64,000 bases of DNA from Trichosphaerium sp. ATCC 40318. Its lineage: Eukaryota > Protista > Tubulinea. The position numbers and the translations under genes are program-made. Below are positions 50,240 through 62,411 of this stretch, one piece after another (the first letter of the stretch is position 1; every line of letters begins with the position of its first letter). The stretch covers positions 7,879-71,878 of the forward strand of contig JALMLS010000168.1 in NCBI GenBank assembly GCA_038496445.1. Direction: 5' to 3'. A model generated the notes under the pieces. That model was given only the letters and a program-made list of their open reading frames with translations, made no database searches and was not told the origin of the DNA.

Positions 50240-51900
50240 TTAAATGCAGTAGGAATCAAAGTGATCAGTTGTCGAATACCCATGATGAATACCTCCACCA
50301 CCAATGTAAAGTTTACCCTGGTATAGAAGAGGATATATACCATGTCTAGGAAGAGGCATATCCTTTCCAGAACGCCATGAATTGGTTGAAGGATTATAGA
50401 TATCAACACGAGAGTAAACAAAATTAGAAGTTGCGTTTTTACCAGTTTTTGTTTCTCCCCCGAATATGTAGAACTCTCCTACACCGTTTGCGTTTTCAGC
50501 ATACCTTGCTGTACCCATACCACCTTGACTAAGTTAAAAAAAAAAGTGTATCCAAAAATACGCTCAAGTCAAGATTTGTTGTACCTCTTTCTTGAGGGAA
50601 CGGTTTGAGTTTTGAACCTTCATCTTCACTTGTCTATTTTTAGATTAAAAATCACAAATCGCACGTGCGATTTTTTTGTTTATTCTCTCTTAAACTATTC
50701 GTACCTCCCACTTGTCTGTTTTTGGATCGTAGACCTGAATAGTATTGTATCCATTAGAAACTACATTTCTACCCGTCCTTCCGCCAAAAATCCACATCTT
50801 CTCTCCTTCAGAAGTAGTTGCAGCGTGATTTCTCAAGCAAACTGTTAGTTAATTATATGGATAACGAACAATCCTTACCTTCCATACGGCATAGGTTTCA
50901 TGTAGGACCATGAATTTGTAGCTACAGAACTTAGTCCAAGTTATCATCCATTTAAACGTACCAACATCATATTTTCCACATTGCGTGGTTGTGTTTGTTC
51001 CACCTCTTCTATGACCGTCTTCAAAGCCTTGAACACCGCCACAAGCGTAAATGTAACCGTTTATGTAGGCAGAGCATACAGAACCACCGTCCCAAGGCAT
51101 GCTAAGATTTCACATTAAATTAGGAAAAAACTTCTTGACAGAGCAAAAAAAGAGCATCAACTTACGGTTTGCCTTCTTTCCATGTGTTCGTTTTAGTATT
51201 GTATATCTGGATGGTACCATAGGAGTTTTCGTCAATACCACCAACAACATACCATAAATCTAGTTGAATAATAAGAGAACAAAGAAAAGTACGATGAACT
51301 TTTTTATTTTTCTGTACCATCGATTACGTGGGCCGAGTGGTGGTTACCAGCATGTATTCTATTTGCTACAGCTGACCATTTGTTTGTCTTGAAATCATAC
51401 TTATATGTATCGGTATTAGCCTGTAACTAGTTAGAGGATGTATACCCGAAAGTTGAAAAACGGTTAATCAAAATATTTTTCGCTCTACTTTTCGTTCGAA
51501 ACGGTTGTTCCAAACAGCGTCGACAATTTATAAAATTACCTCTCCTGCGAGATACAAGGCATCACCAATAACGGCACCAGCGACTTCTCCTGTCTCTTTC
51601 GGCATATTTGGGAGACTTTCGTCCCAAGTATTGCTTGTACAACAGTTTGACAAGCAAACGAACCTATCACGTGATTAATTTCAAAAAACCAACTAAAATA
51701 GCCAAAAGGAACATACAATAGAACAATACGCATTGTTGATACAACGTTTAAACAAAAAGCAGCCGTTATCACGAAACCGCGCTGTATTTGATTGTGAACG
51801 GTCTTGGCGTTTTCAACAAGAAAAAAAGTCGACATTGACATTCGTTTTGAGTAGTAGCTACTATCGTGTAATGTACCTCCTTGATACTTTAGTAGCTTTC
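50240..51900 (-). CDS. Kelch-repeat beta-propeller protein; 5' end uncertain
   Basis: Six blades with GG/Y/W pattern, e.g. 'GYIYACGG..CGKYDVATNSW', 'KMWIFGGR..IQVYDPKTDKW', 'FYIFGGE..VDIYNPSTNSW', 'PRHGIYP..KLYIGGG'. Confidence 0.88.
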
Positions 51901-52789
51901 AAGGCAACAAAATGATTGCTTACAAGTTTGAAGTATCAAAGTTTAAGATCTTTCAAAACTCAATTTCAACAGTTCCAGTAATTTACGTAAATTTACAAGC
52001 ACGTTACTATGTTACACACCATTATTTTTAGTTGATGTGAACACGTATCGCGTAGCTATTTGCTAAGAATCTTCTTCTAAATGTTCGTTCTAATCGTCAA
52101 GATATAATATTATATACAAAGTCACATCGTGACCCAGCGACAATGAGATATATGCTACAACCGTGCGGCTGTATGCTAGCACGTGTACATTAACATAATT
52201 CATAGTTCTACTTTGTATACTAGGAGTGTAAATGTACACCTTGAAAAACAACAATACCATGAGATTGACTTCACAACGGTTTTCCTACCAATGGAGCTTG
52301 CGGATATATATTGCATACGGATCAAGTATACGTTCTAGCACCTGGTGTCAAACATTCAACAAAAAAAAAAGTCTTAGCTTAATTGAAAAACGTTCCAGGT
52401 TTAAATGAAATCCGACATAGTATTGCCATGGCTAGCTACAAACATGTATTAAACGGCTTGATGTAAGGATAGCGAAGATAACCAAACCAACTACAAAAAG
52501 AGTTCTATCATTGTGTATGTACGGCATGGTGCTGATACTATTGTAGGATCATAATATAAAGGTAACGTGATAAACATTTTATAGTTGTTTTGGCTCTTTT
52601 GTAGGTGATTGTAAAAGTTGATTCTGAGACGTTTAATGAACTAATCTTAAGGACGATGTAGACCAAGTCATTAAGGCACCCTTATTAGATTAATAAATTA
52701 ACTATCTCGGCAATATACTGCTCTTTCGTAATCAATTTATCAGATTTGTTAGACGTTTGTTAGACGAATACTAACACTCTGACCATAAA

Positions 52790-53608
52790 ATGAAAAAGAA
52801 AATACAACAACATACAGACCAAGCATTCGACCTTGTTGCGCTACCAATTGAAATAATAGTCCATATTCTCAAACAAGGGCCACATACACTCCGTACAGCC
52901 CAAACAAGTCATCTTTTGCGGGATATTGTTCACAACCACGTTGGATATGGTCATATCAGAATAAAAAATGAAACAGAGGCTCAGATGCTCTCTGGTAGTC
53001 CATTACTCGAAAATACAATAATCAACGTTCAAGGATCAAAATTAAAGGATAAAGCAATCAGATTGTTGGCAGGTGTACATACTATCTACATATCTAATTG
53101 TAAAACAATAACAGACAATGGCATCAGGGCATTAGCTGGTGTTCATGAGATTGATATATCTTTTACCAATGTAACAGATGAAGGTTTGAGTGCCTTAGCA
53201 GGTGTACATACTATCAACTTGGATAGCTGTAAATCAATAACAGATAAGGGTGTAAAGGTGTTGGCTGGTGTACATGATATTAACTTATCATTTACAACCT
53301 CTAATATAACAGATGAGGGTATTAAGGCGTTGGCAGGTGTGCGCACTATCAGGCTTACTTATTGTAAATCAATAACAGACTATGGCATCAAGGCATTGGC
53401 AGGTGTACGTGAGATTTCTTTATCATTTACAAGTGTAACAGACGAAGGCATTATGGCTTTGGCAGGTGTACATACTATTTCCTTGATGCATTGTAAATCA
53501 ATAACAGAAGTAGGGTTAAAGGCACTTGTAGGTGTACATACCATCTACATGGAAAACGACAGACGATCTGAGTTTGGTGCCCTTGACTTAGGTATAATCT
53601 ATTTGTAA
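52790..53608 (+). CDS. Intronless F-box / leucine-rich repeat protein, paralog of 18248-19525
   Basis: 'DLVALPIEIIVHILKQ', shared linker 'HNHVGYGHI..LSGSPLLENT', 8 'ITDxGIxALAGVHTI' repeats. Confidence 0.9.
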   Translation: MKKKIQQHTDQAFDLVALPIEIIVHILKQGPHTLRTAQTSHLLRDIVHNHVGYGHIRIKNETEAQMLSGSPLLENTIINVQGSKLKDKAIRLLAGVHTIYISNCKTITDNGIRALAGVHEIDISFTNVTDEGLSALAGVHTINLDSCKSITDKGVKVLAGVHDINLSFTTSNITDEGIKALAGVRTIRLTYCKSITDYGIKALAGVREISLSFTSVTDEGIMALAGVHTISLMHCKSITEVGLKALVGVHTIYMENDRRSEFGALDLGIIYL

Positions 53609-55206
53609 GCAAAAAAGTCGAATTGTGTTTTGGCAGTTGTTCAATAAAGTTCCAACACAACTTTCTATTATCTTTGCCTTTGGAATGGTTCATTACTAAC
53701 TGCAAGATTCTTATCATTACTTATGTGATAAGTGTTCACTTGTTAAAGTATGGAGCCAATGAAGATTGCACAGTGCTAAAGAACGTTCATGAAGGGTGCT
53801 ACAGTTCTATCTTTTCCAACTATATGTTTGCCATATGAGTCATATTAACTTGATTTTAGAGTATCACTGGAACCAAGACTTCATCATCAAAGTGGTATCC
53901 TATTGGTGGGTCTACACAAAGAAATGTTCCATTCTGGAAAAGACCAGTATTTATATGTGTGGCAAAAAAGTAGTTCGCTCTTCTCATTGAACGTGTTGTA
54001 CAACCTCTTACATCTGATATTGGTGAAACCCCGCATCCACACTGGTGCGATTAACAGCTGAGGATAATTGTAACACTATCGATCAAATTTCTTAGGACTT
54101 GTTAACTTTTTTGAACCGTAATGTGCCATTGTATTGAACTGCTACTTGCCGATGTTGTTTTACAATACTACCTTACTTAAACAGCTATCTTTCACTTCAA
54201 ACGTCACTAAAATACTCGTTTATACTGTAATGGTAGTCCTGTTTCAGGCTTGAGCACTGAGTATGGTACAAATTATTTTGATCAATAGCACGATTTATGA
54301 ACAAACAATTTGCTGTGGTACAACTTCGAGCTGTGTTGAGCTGCAGTATATTGTTATAAGAACATTACATAGACGTGAAAGTTCTTCACAGTATCAGTTA
54401 GCTTTGTATATCCTTCAGTTAACTCATGTACCTTTACTTTAATGTAGAGTTCTCGGTAACTAGCTTGTTGGGTTGGCGTACAACATGGAGCGAAGAAGGG
54501 AATGTGGAAGCAAGTGATGAATAACTGGTGTATTGTTTGGCATACTACCCATATCAAAACCTCACTTTCATTAAATTAACGGTACCACTAGCTCACTTAG
54601 CTTGTACTGTTAACTTTGTTTAAGTTGAATCACCCATCTTGGATAATGAGGTAGTATTCTATGTCAAGCTACTACAGAGTGGCATGTCGACAAAATTCCC
54701 TTGTCCTTGTTCAAGGGTTTTAAAGTTCCAAAGCCAGTTAGAGCAGAAGCCTAATAGGAAGTTCCGCCTATTGCTTGATACAAGTTTACAAAAGTGCGAG
54801 TTTTCTGCCACTTTTTATCACGTTTTATGTTACCAGACTAACTTTCAGAACGCTGCTTGTAGTTCTTGGATTAGTATTAAACCCCGTGCAATGTCTAAAC
54901 TCGCTATTTAAAGCTGCAACGTGAAATGACGTCAAATTGCAAAAAAGTGCAAATTCTCCTTTTGTACAACAATCAAACAAAGTCGAATACGCTTTATTTA
55001 ATGCAATACTCACATTGGAGTTGTTAAAAGGAAGTTCGAAGTAAAATAAAGTTCCGGATAAAAGTTTCTGTTGTATTCCGCGGAAATACACGAAAATCAC
55101 AGAAAAAAAGAAAAATAAAGACTCATAATTTCAATACACAGAAGTCAATAGAATCGGCTCCTCAATTGTTCACACTATTAAATTATATACAAACAATACT
55201 AGCACC

Positions 55207-55957
55207 ATGGGTAAAATCACAGCGTAAGTTCGGAGTTTTGTTTGACTTTTTTTTTTCGTCAAAAAGAGCTAGAAAGGTGCTCTAATATATTTTTGGAGTG
55301 TATCATGGCGTAAGACACAAAAACGAAAATGAATAATTATTTTTAGAACAAAGGAGTTTAACAGGTCAGCCGATGAGGTATGGAAAGTATTAGGAGATTT
55401 CCCAAACATCCAAGCATTTCATCCAAATGTAAAAGAATCTCTTTCAGTAAGTGACAGTACAGAAGGTGAGCGAAAATGACCAAAAAAAAAGAGCTTACAC
55501 ATGTATTTCTAACACATACAAAAAGGTATTGGTGCAACTCGTTCTTGTGAGTTTTATGATGGTGGTAAGATAATTGAAAGAGTGATTGAATGGAGCAACG
55601 AGGAACAGTATTATATTATTGAACTTGTTGAAGGAACAGCACCAATACGTAAAATGATAGCAAGATGTGGAGTTGTATCGTAAGTAAAAACAGTCCACTT
55701 TATTTGTTTGTCACGTGATTCTTCTGACCTGTGTTTTTAGTACTGGAAAGAATACATGCCAAGTATCAATGTCAAGTGATTATAAACCAAAGTATGGCGT
55801 TGTAGGTAAAGTTATGGATAAGATGATTATTAAGAATTTGTTTGAATCTCTTGGAAAAGACTTTATGATTGCACTTGATTATCATCTTAAAACTGGAAAG
55901 GAGGTTCAAAAGAATACAGTAAAACATATCAAGTCTGGTAAGCTTACCGACTATTGA
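55207..55957 (+). CDS. SRPBCC / polyketide cyclase-dehydrase family protein
   Basis: 'SADEVWKVLGDFPNIQAFHPNV', 'GIGATRSCEFYDG..IERVIEW', 'YKPKYGVVGKVMD..LDYHLKTG'; 3 introns. Confidence 0.88.
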
Positions 55958-56477
55958 TGAGTAAGTACATCAAACGTGTATTCCTTGTACAATAAAGTAA
56001 ACCCTTGCTTGGTATTCCACACGTGCATTCCACATTACGTATGTGCCCTGGTTTTCCGTGTACAAAGAAGTGCCGTGGTATTGTCAGTAAGAATCCAACC
56101 TTAATTAAGATGTGTTGGAACGTTCCTCTTAAGTAATGTTTGAACCCATATATTTCTTGTTCATAGGCTATCGCAACCTAAGCGTACCACTAGTGAGCGC
56201 CTATGGAATAATATCAGGCCATATTACAACTAGATATACCTTTTCAAGCATATGACAGAAAATGGCGACAAGGTTCATGTGGTTGACCAATCAAGAGCCA
56301 AATGTTACAATCTTAACGCTAGATGACAGGCAGACAACTACAATGGACTCACATTGCGATATTTTCAGCACAAAGCAGTTAGTACAGTGATGAGCTTAAT
56401 CACGTTATTGTGTTATCACGTGTTTGACAAGTAAAGAAGGTTGATCCGAAACAGTTTTTTTTTTCTAAATTACAACT

Positions 56478-57150
56478 TTACATTACAATACAACGTTTAG
56501 GTTTACGTCTACGACTCTTATTATTTCGTGCCCTCTTTTCTAAATCATAATTCTTTGTCTCTCGTAAAATATATTCGAATACTTCAGTTACATTCGTGTC
56601 TAACTTTGCCGATGTTTCATAAAAAGCACAAGATCCAAAAAATTCAGCTAGTTCTTTGCCTTCACTCTCGGTAACCTGCCTTTCACTGAGGTCTGATTTA
56701 CATCCAACTAATACAATAGGAAACGTTTCTTTTTCATCCAAATCCTTTATTCTGCAAAGAACACAAGTATGTCAGTAACGGAATGTATAAAGCAAGTCCA
56801 GTTTTGATCAAAACTCCAAAATGTTTTCCATTTTTTTCGAACTAAAAAACGCACCGCCTAATTTCATCCATTTTTGCCCCAAGAGCTTCAAAACTTGCCC
56901 TGTCTGTTATAGAATACACGAAAATTACTGACGAAGCTACTCGATGCTCTCTACCTGCAGTTCCGTTGTAACCATAACTTCCATCCAAAATATCGGCTAA
57001 TATAACTTCTCCGTCTATCTCCAGTTGCTTGCGGTACGAATCATCGATTGTTGGGTCAGAATCTGGTACAAACCTGCCCTGGATGAAACGCAGCGTTAGA
57101 GCGGTCTTTCCAGCACCTAATTCACCCACTACAACAACTTTAGCTTCCAT
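56478..57150 (-). CDS. Ras/Rap-family small GTPase with atypical switch II and CAAX box
   Basis: 'KVVVVGELGAGKT', effector loop 'DPTIDDSYRKQ', 'VGCKSDL', 'ETSAK', polybasic tail plus CIVM; 1 intron. Confidence 0.92.
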
Positions 57151-57426
57151 TGTTGTTATTTGTGTATTGTATGGGTCAGTGAAATGTAAAAATAACAAAG
57201 ACTAACTTTGACTACGTTTACATTTATTGTTCTTCCTGGCAGTTCTTTTTTTTACTAGTACCAAAGTGACAGTTTGTGATGATAAATAATATTCGCTTAT
57301 GAGACATTCAACGTGAAGACTGCAACACAATTTTCAAATCAAACAAACCGTACTTATTTGCCTTAAAAATAATACTTAACAAGTGCAAGTGGATTAAGCT
57401 ACGGCTTTATTTTGTATTAACTCAAG

Positions 57427-58250
57427 CTACGTATTGCTATGATGTTTTGAAAAGTTAGAGTAAGATGTCTGTAGATCGATTATGAGGTACACTTTTTTTT
57501 TGTAAAGTGAATATATCGCTGCATTTGTAATCTTGTTTCGTTTTCGCATAATTAACACTTTGATGTTCACAAGTGGAGCAACCCAGTCATCTGTTGCATT
57601 TGTACATGAGATATTGACCGTGAGCATTTCAAAGGCTTGCCATACATTGTCCTTGGATACCTTTAAAGATCGAAAGATTAATTATGTACACAAAAAAAGG
57701 CACTCTACTGAAAATCACGTGATTATATTCACTATGCGTCTACCTCTTGGATTACTTACTTCTATTTGTCTACGCGCCGTGACTGACCATTCTTAAGCAA
57801 GCCTACATTGGTACTCAAGTGTATACATGGCGAGGATACCAACTACTTGATGGACCGTAACAGTGAAGGAGTGGTTTATTGTAATACGATTATTTTTTAG
57901 GAAGGGGTTCGTTGTAGTAGACGAACCAGGGACAGGCCGCATATTTTTACTGGAGATTACGATGTTTAACCACATTTGAAATGAATCCAATTAATCTATG
58001 GCATTGATATCAACCTGCGACTAACCAGTCGGACACGCAACCAAGTCTATTGTGTTAAACCAAACTTCTATGCCATCAATCAGATTCACTGCCACTGGTA
58101 CCTCCCATCCCCAACAATTTCATGTGCCTGTCAAAAACTGTATCCCTTCATCTGTACCGCTTGCGGCAGATAGGTGTATGTACACCAGTTAATGTCTTTA
58201 TCCCATATTCACCCACTTCGCGAAGAAATTTACTAGGCCCACCTTTGATT
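57427..58250 (-). pseudogene. Fragmented F-box/LRR pseudogene
   Basis: Scattered frames give 'GEYGIKTLTGVHT', 'NPFLKNNRITI', 'NISCTNATDDWVAPLVNIK', matching 'YTNATDDWII' and 'SPLLKNTEI' of the intact paralog. Confidence 0.65.
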
Positions 58251-58422
58251 AAAAATGTTTGTAAAAATGGCGCTAACCGTAAAAACGTGATATTGGATAA
58301 AATACGAATCATATTTCGAAGAAATAGTTTTGTGTAACACAACTTTCAGCACTGTTCTTTGAACCTTAAACAACTAATACAACTAATCTCAAAACCCCAA
58401 CAATAAAGCACCATATTGCCCC

Positions 58423-59219
58423 ATGAGCCAACCCAAAATAGCTAAACTAAAACGTGATGTAAAGCCAAACGATATTATTTCTCCTTTCGAGATATACGAC
58501 ACAGCCATATTGATAACCAAAATGGCATTCTCCACTATCAAACTATACGAAGTATGTACTTGGACAAGGCTGAACAAAATATTCCATGAGGTGATCAATG
58601 ACGACTCAACAATGTTTTACTACTACGTACACCATTTTCTGGATTCGAAGAGTACTGAAGAAGACCTACCAGCTCCATCAATAGCAAAGACATATTTACA
58701 CAACCGCCTTCGATTTGAACGCAAATTCAGTTGGTCTTACTTGATATCTTTCAATATATTTGACGGATACGAGGAACAGGATATCCCTTTGAAACGTTTA
58801 AGTTAAACAAAATATATGGAGAACCAGGGTGTTTTATTCAATACATTGACAACGATCCACACGAAAGCTTCAATGTACATGTCACACTATTCCCATCAAC
58901 AGCTTCCCTTGGTACAGATTCAATACAAATTCAAGGTTGTATTTTGTACTATACACTCTCTGTAGATATGCAAGGCAAGACAGTGATTGAGTGCAACACA
59001 GAAGAATCCAAACTGTTGATTAATGTTGAAAGGGCTCGCTTATTAGGCAAGCTACTAGAAAATCAATCAGAGTATGAGGATTCCGAACCTTATACACCAG
59101 AAGATATGTTGTATATATTTGTTACATGGATTGATTCTTTTGATCAAACTACTCCAGATGACGAAAGAATTACAAATGACTTTGCGACCCTAAAAATCAA
59201 AACAATTGAATACATTTAA
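58423..59219 (+). CDS. Hypothetical protein with divergent F-box-like N-terminus
   Basis: ORFs 58423-58806 and 58944-59219 join through a short intron near 58749-58779 (KFRYPFETFKLNKIYGEPG...). 'VCTWTRLNKIFHEVINDD' resembles an F-box C-terminal helix. Confidence 0.55.
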
Positions 59220-59887
59220 GTTTATTATGCTTCATTGTCCTATATACAGTAATATTGAAGTTGTTTGTAAGTGGACAGAATGGTATGACTGGTATAATAT
59301 AATAAAGGGTGGTCCTTCAAGTTGTCTTGTTAGTAGCAATCACAATCTTGTAAATTTTTTCAAAAATTCCAAACAATATCCATGCATCGTGCTACAAAGA
59401 TTCCTTTGTGCTATCACAAAACCACGCTTTAGTGTTGGCTTGCATAAAAACGTAATCTTAAGTAATAAGCGAAGTAATATAAATTACATCACTCTTATTA
59501 GCGATGTGTCAAAGCGGAAGTAGGCTCTTGAATTTATAGCATGTGATTTGACTTGAAATAAAGCTATTTATTGTAGCGTTAAGCCTACTTGTTAAACAGC
59601 CGCTCCCGATAGTAGCACGCACGTGACTTTCTGTTCGAATGCTCACGTAACGTAATCCAAGGATACACTGCCAAATTGTCCCAAAAAATCAGCGTAGCAT
59701 ATCACAAAAATTTTAGTCAAAGCCAAAAGTCATAATTTGCACTAACACCTGGTCTGATAAACAACATTGACAAACGATTACGGCGATAAAACACGTCAGT
59801 TAATGTCATTTTGTCACCTAGACATCCATCAATACTTATCACTAACGCACATAACTTATTAGAACCTTTTTTTTTTAAACTTGAACT

Positions 59888-62186
59888 ATGAAGACACTGC
59901 TTGGCGTCGTTTGCCTCTTTGCGGTTTTCTTTGTGTTAGCCGCGAAGCAGCCCAACTTTGTATTTATCCTAACTGATGATCAAGATATTCAGCTAGGAAC
60001 AGACCCACATGCGTATTCAGAGTTTGGATCACTCGAGGTTCGTTTTATAAGCGAAAAAATTGGGCTATTATCATTTCTTTTTTTTCGAGTCACGTGTTAG
60101 TGTATAACTGTTTTTTAGGCGATGCCTGAAACAAGGAAGCTGTTAATAGACGGAGGAGCTTACTTTGAAAACTTTTTCGTCGCTACACCCATTTGTTGCC
60201 CTTCTAGAACTGAATTTATTACAGGCACGTGATTTATAGTCGCTACCAACGTTTTTAAAAAACCTTCCATAAAATTCGTTTATTTACACCATTTGTAGGC
60301 CGTTATTACCACAACATTGGCGCTCCTTCTGGGTCTTGTATGCATATTAACGCTGAAGATAATGTGTTCAATGTAACTGGTAGTATGTTCGGACTCCTAG
60401 AGAGCGCTGGTTATAATACAGGCAAGTATAACACTTACAAGGTCGAGAATCAAACTAGTAATTTTCCTTGTCTTTTTCGGCTGACTGTTCTTCTTTTTTT
60501 TTCCCCTCCCTTACCTTTTATTCAAGGAGTGTTCGGTAAAGTTACAAATGACCAAGCTGGTTACTTTTGTGGAAAAGAAAGAGATGCTGGAATGACAACG
60601 ATAAGCTCTCCTTGCGACTTCAACGACTTTTACTCAAAAAAATACTTTATGAAATACCCAAATGGTTCTAAACATATTGAAACGTTAGAGATGAAACCTG
60701 AAACATACCAAACGAGTCAACTTGGAAACAGATCAATTGCTTGGATCAAGGAAATAGCAAACGGTACGAAAAACTGCTGTTAAGGTGTTAATAGTCGCTA
60801 ACAACGTCTTCAGGTGGTAAACCTTTCTTTGCGTACATTGGGCCTCACGCTCCTCATTTCCCTGCTACACCAGCACCTTGGATTCAAAACGATCCTTTCA
60901 AGAACTTGACGTTTCCAAGAACACCAAACTGGAACGTTGAATCTCCTGATAAGCATCAACTCATTAGACAAAATCCTCCTTTTGATGATAGAGTCGCATC
61001 GTGGGAAACGCAGCACATGAAGGATAGATGGAGCACACTAGTAACCGTAGACGAAGTGGTAGCAGCTGTGATTGACACGCTGAAAAAATTGGACGTGCTT
61101 GACGATACGTACATTTTCTACTCCAGTGATCACGTGCGTAACCACAACCTCATTTTTCCGTTTCTTTTTCATTGAAACGTTTTGACTCATTTGCTATTTA
61201 GGGCTACAAATTAGGCCAATGGCGTGTTGGTACAAGTAAACAAGAACCTTATGAAACTGATATTCGTATACCTTACATTGTACGTGGTCCTGGTATTAAG
61301 CCTGGTACCAAAGTTAAGCACATGAGTGGTAATGTCGACTTCACGCCAACTTTGCTCGATCTTGCAGGAGTCACAAAACCAAAGTTTATGGACGGTATGA
61401 TAATTTTGTTATTTCATGATTATATCACGTGGTATTGGTTTTACTTTTTTGACGTTTCGTATTTATAGGAAAGAGTCTCGCTCCATTCTTTGTTAGCGCT
61501 GATAACCCTTATTTTAAACCATTGGATCCTGCCGAAAAACAAAAGTATGCTAATGCATGGAGAAAAGAGTTCTTGATTGAATACAAATCAGTAGGAACAT
61601 ACTTCAATGATCACTCAAGTATCTGGGTACCTTTTGCGAAACTATTTTCTTTGTCTGGCAACAGCCAAATATAACATGCACGTGTCTTACTAAGAGTTAG
61701 GTGCCTGATGGAACCTACCATGGACACAACGGAAAAGGACCAAGATCACCAGCTAATGACACTAAATGCGTACTTGGTAAAGGTGTTGGTGATGGTTAGT
61801 ACCTTTGAGGAAGTTTATTTACTACTTGAGATGTTAAACGTTGTTTTTCATAGGTAATTGTTGGTTTGTCGATGATGTATCTTCAAACTCTTGGCGTGCT
61901 TTGCGTGTTCTTAACGAAACATCAAATCTTGTATACATTGAATTCGATCATACGTGGACATGGACAGAGTCTTCTATCGAGTTCAGAGAGCTATACGACA
62001 TCACAGCTGATCCATATCAGGTGAACCAGTCACATGTTTTGTGATCTTAATTTTGTTAACAACTTTTTCTAGATGAAGAACTTGGTGTCTGTAACAAGTC
62101 CAAGTGTTCTTGCCGAACTGCATAAATCAGTTAGCAAGTATCAAGAATGCAGAGGAAATACTCTAACAGAGTCTAACTGCATATAA
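59888..62186 (+). CDS. Secreted sulfatase, N-acetylglucosamine-6-sulfatase (GNS/Sulf) like
   Basis: Signal peptide, 'PNFVFILTDDQD', catalytic 'CCPSRTEFITGRYYHN', 'YNTGVFGK', 'PHAPH', 'FYSSDHGYKLGQ', 'PYETDIRIPYIVRGPG', 'ELYDITADPYQMKNL'. Confidence 0.95.
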
Positions 62187-62411
62187 ACTTGGTCTCCAAT
62201 AAATTTCATTCAAACAAACTATGCTATCAAATTTCTTTGGTTTCCTCTACGTTTTTTTTTACAATAAAATCAAGTCACATGGTGTAAGGCAGAGTCAAGT
62301 CATAGAGTACAGAGAAGGATTTAGTTGGAAACTATTTATTACGCTAGCTTAGGATTTCCTCTTGTGGCATGTATAGAGCCTTCCTTTAGGAACATTTAAA
62401 TGACTACTCTT

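Noticed and set aside
53620-55100. Several 60-90 aa ORFs in the spacer after the LRR gene
   Set aside because: No coherent splicing or homology; at most faint LRR remnants ('VLKNVHE') too weak to call.
62308-62324. TACAGAGAAGGATTTAG resembling the U6 snRNA ACAGAGA box
   Set aside because: No downstream AGCATGGCCCCTG or internal stem-loop; chance match.
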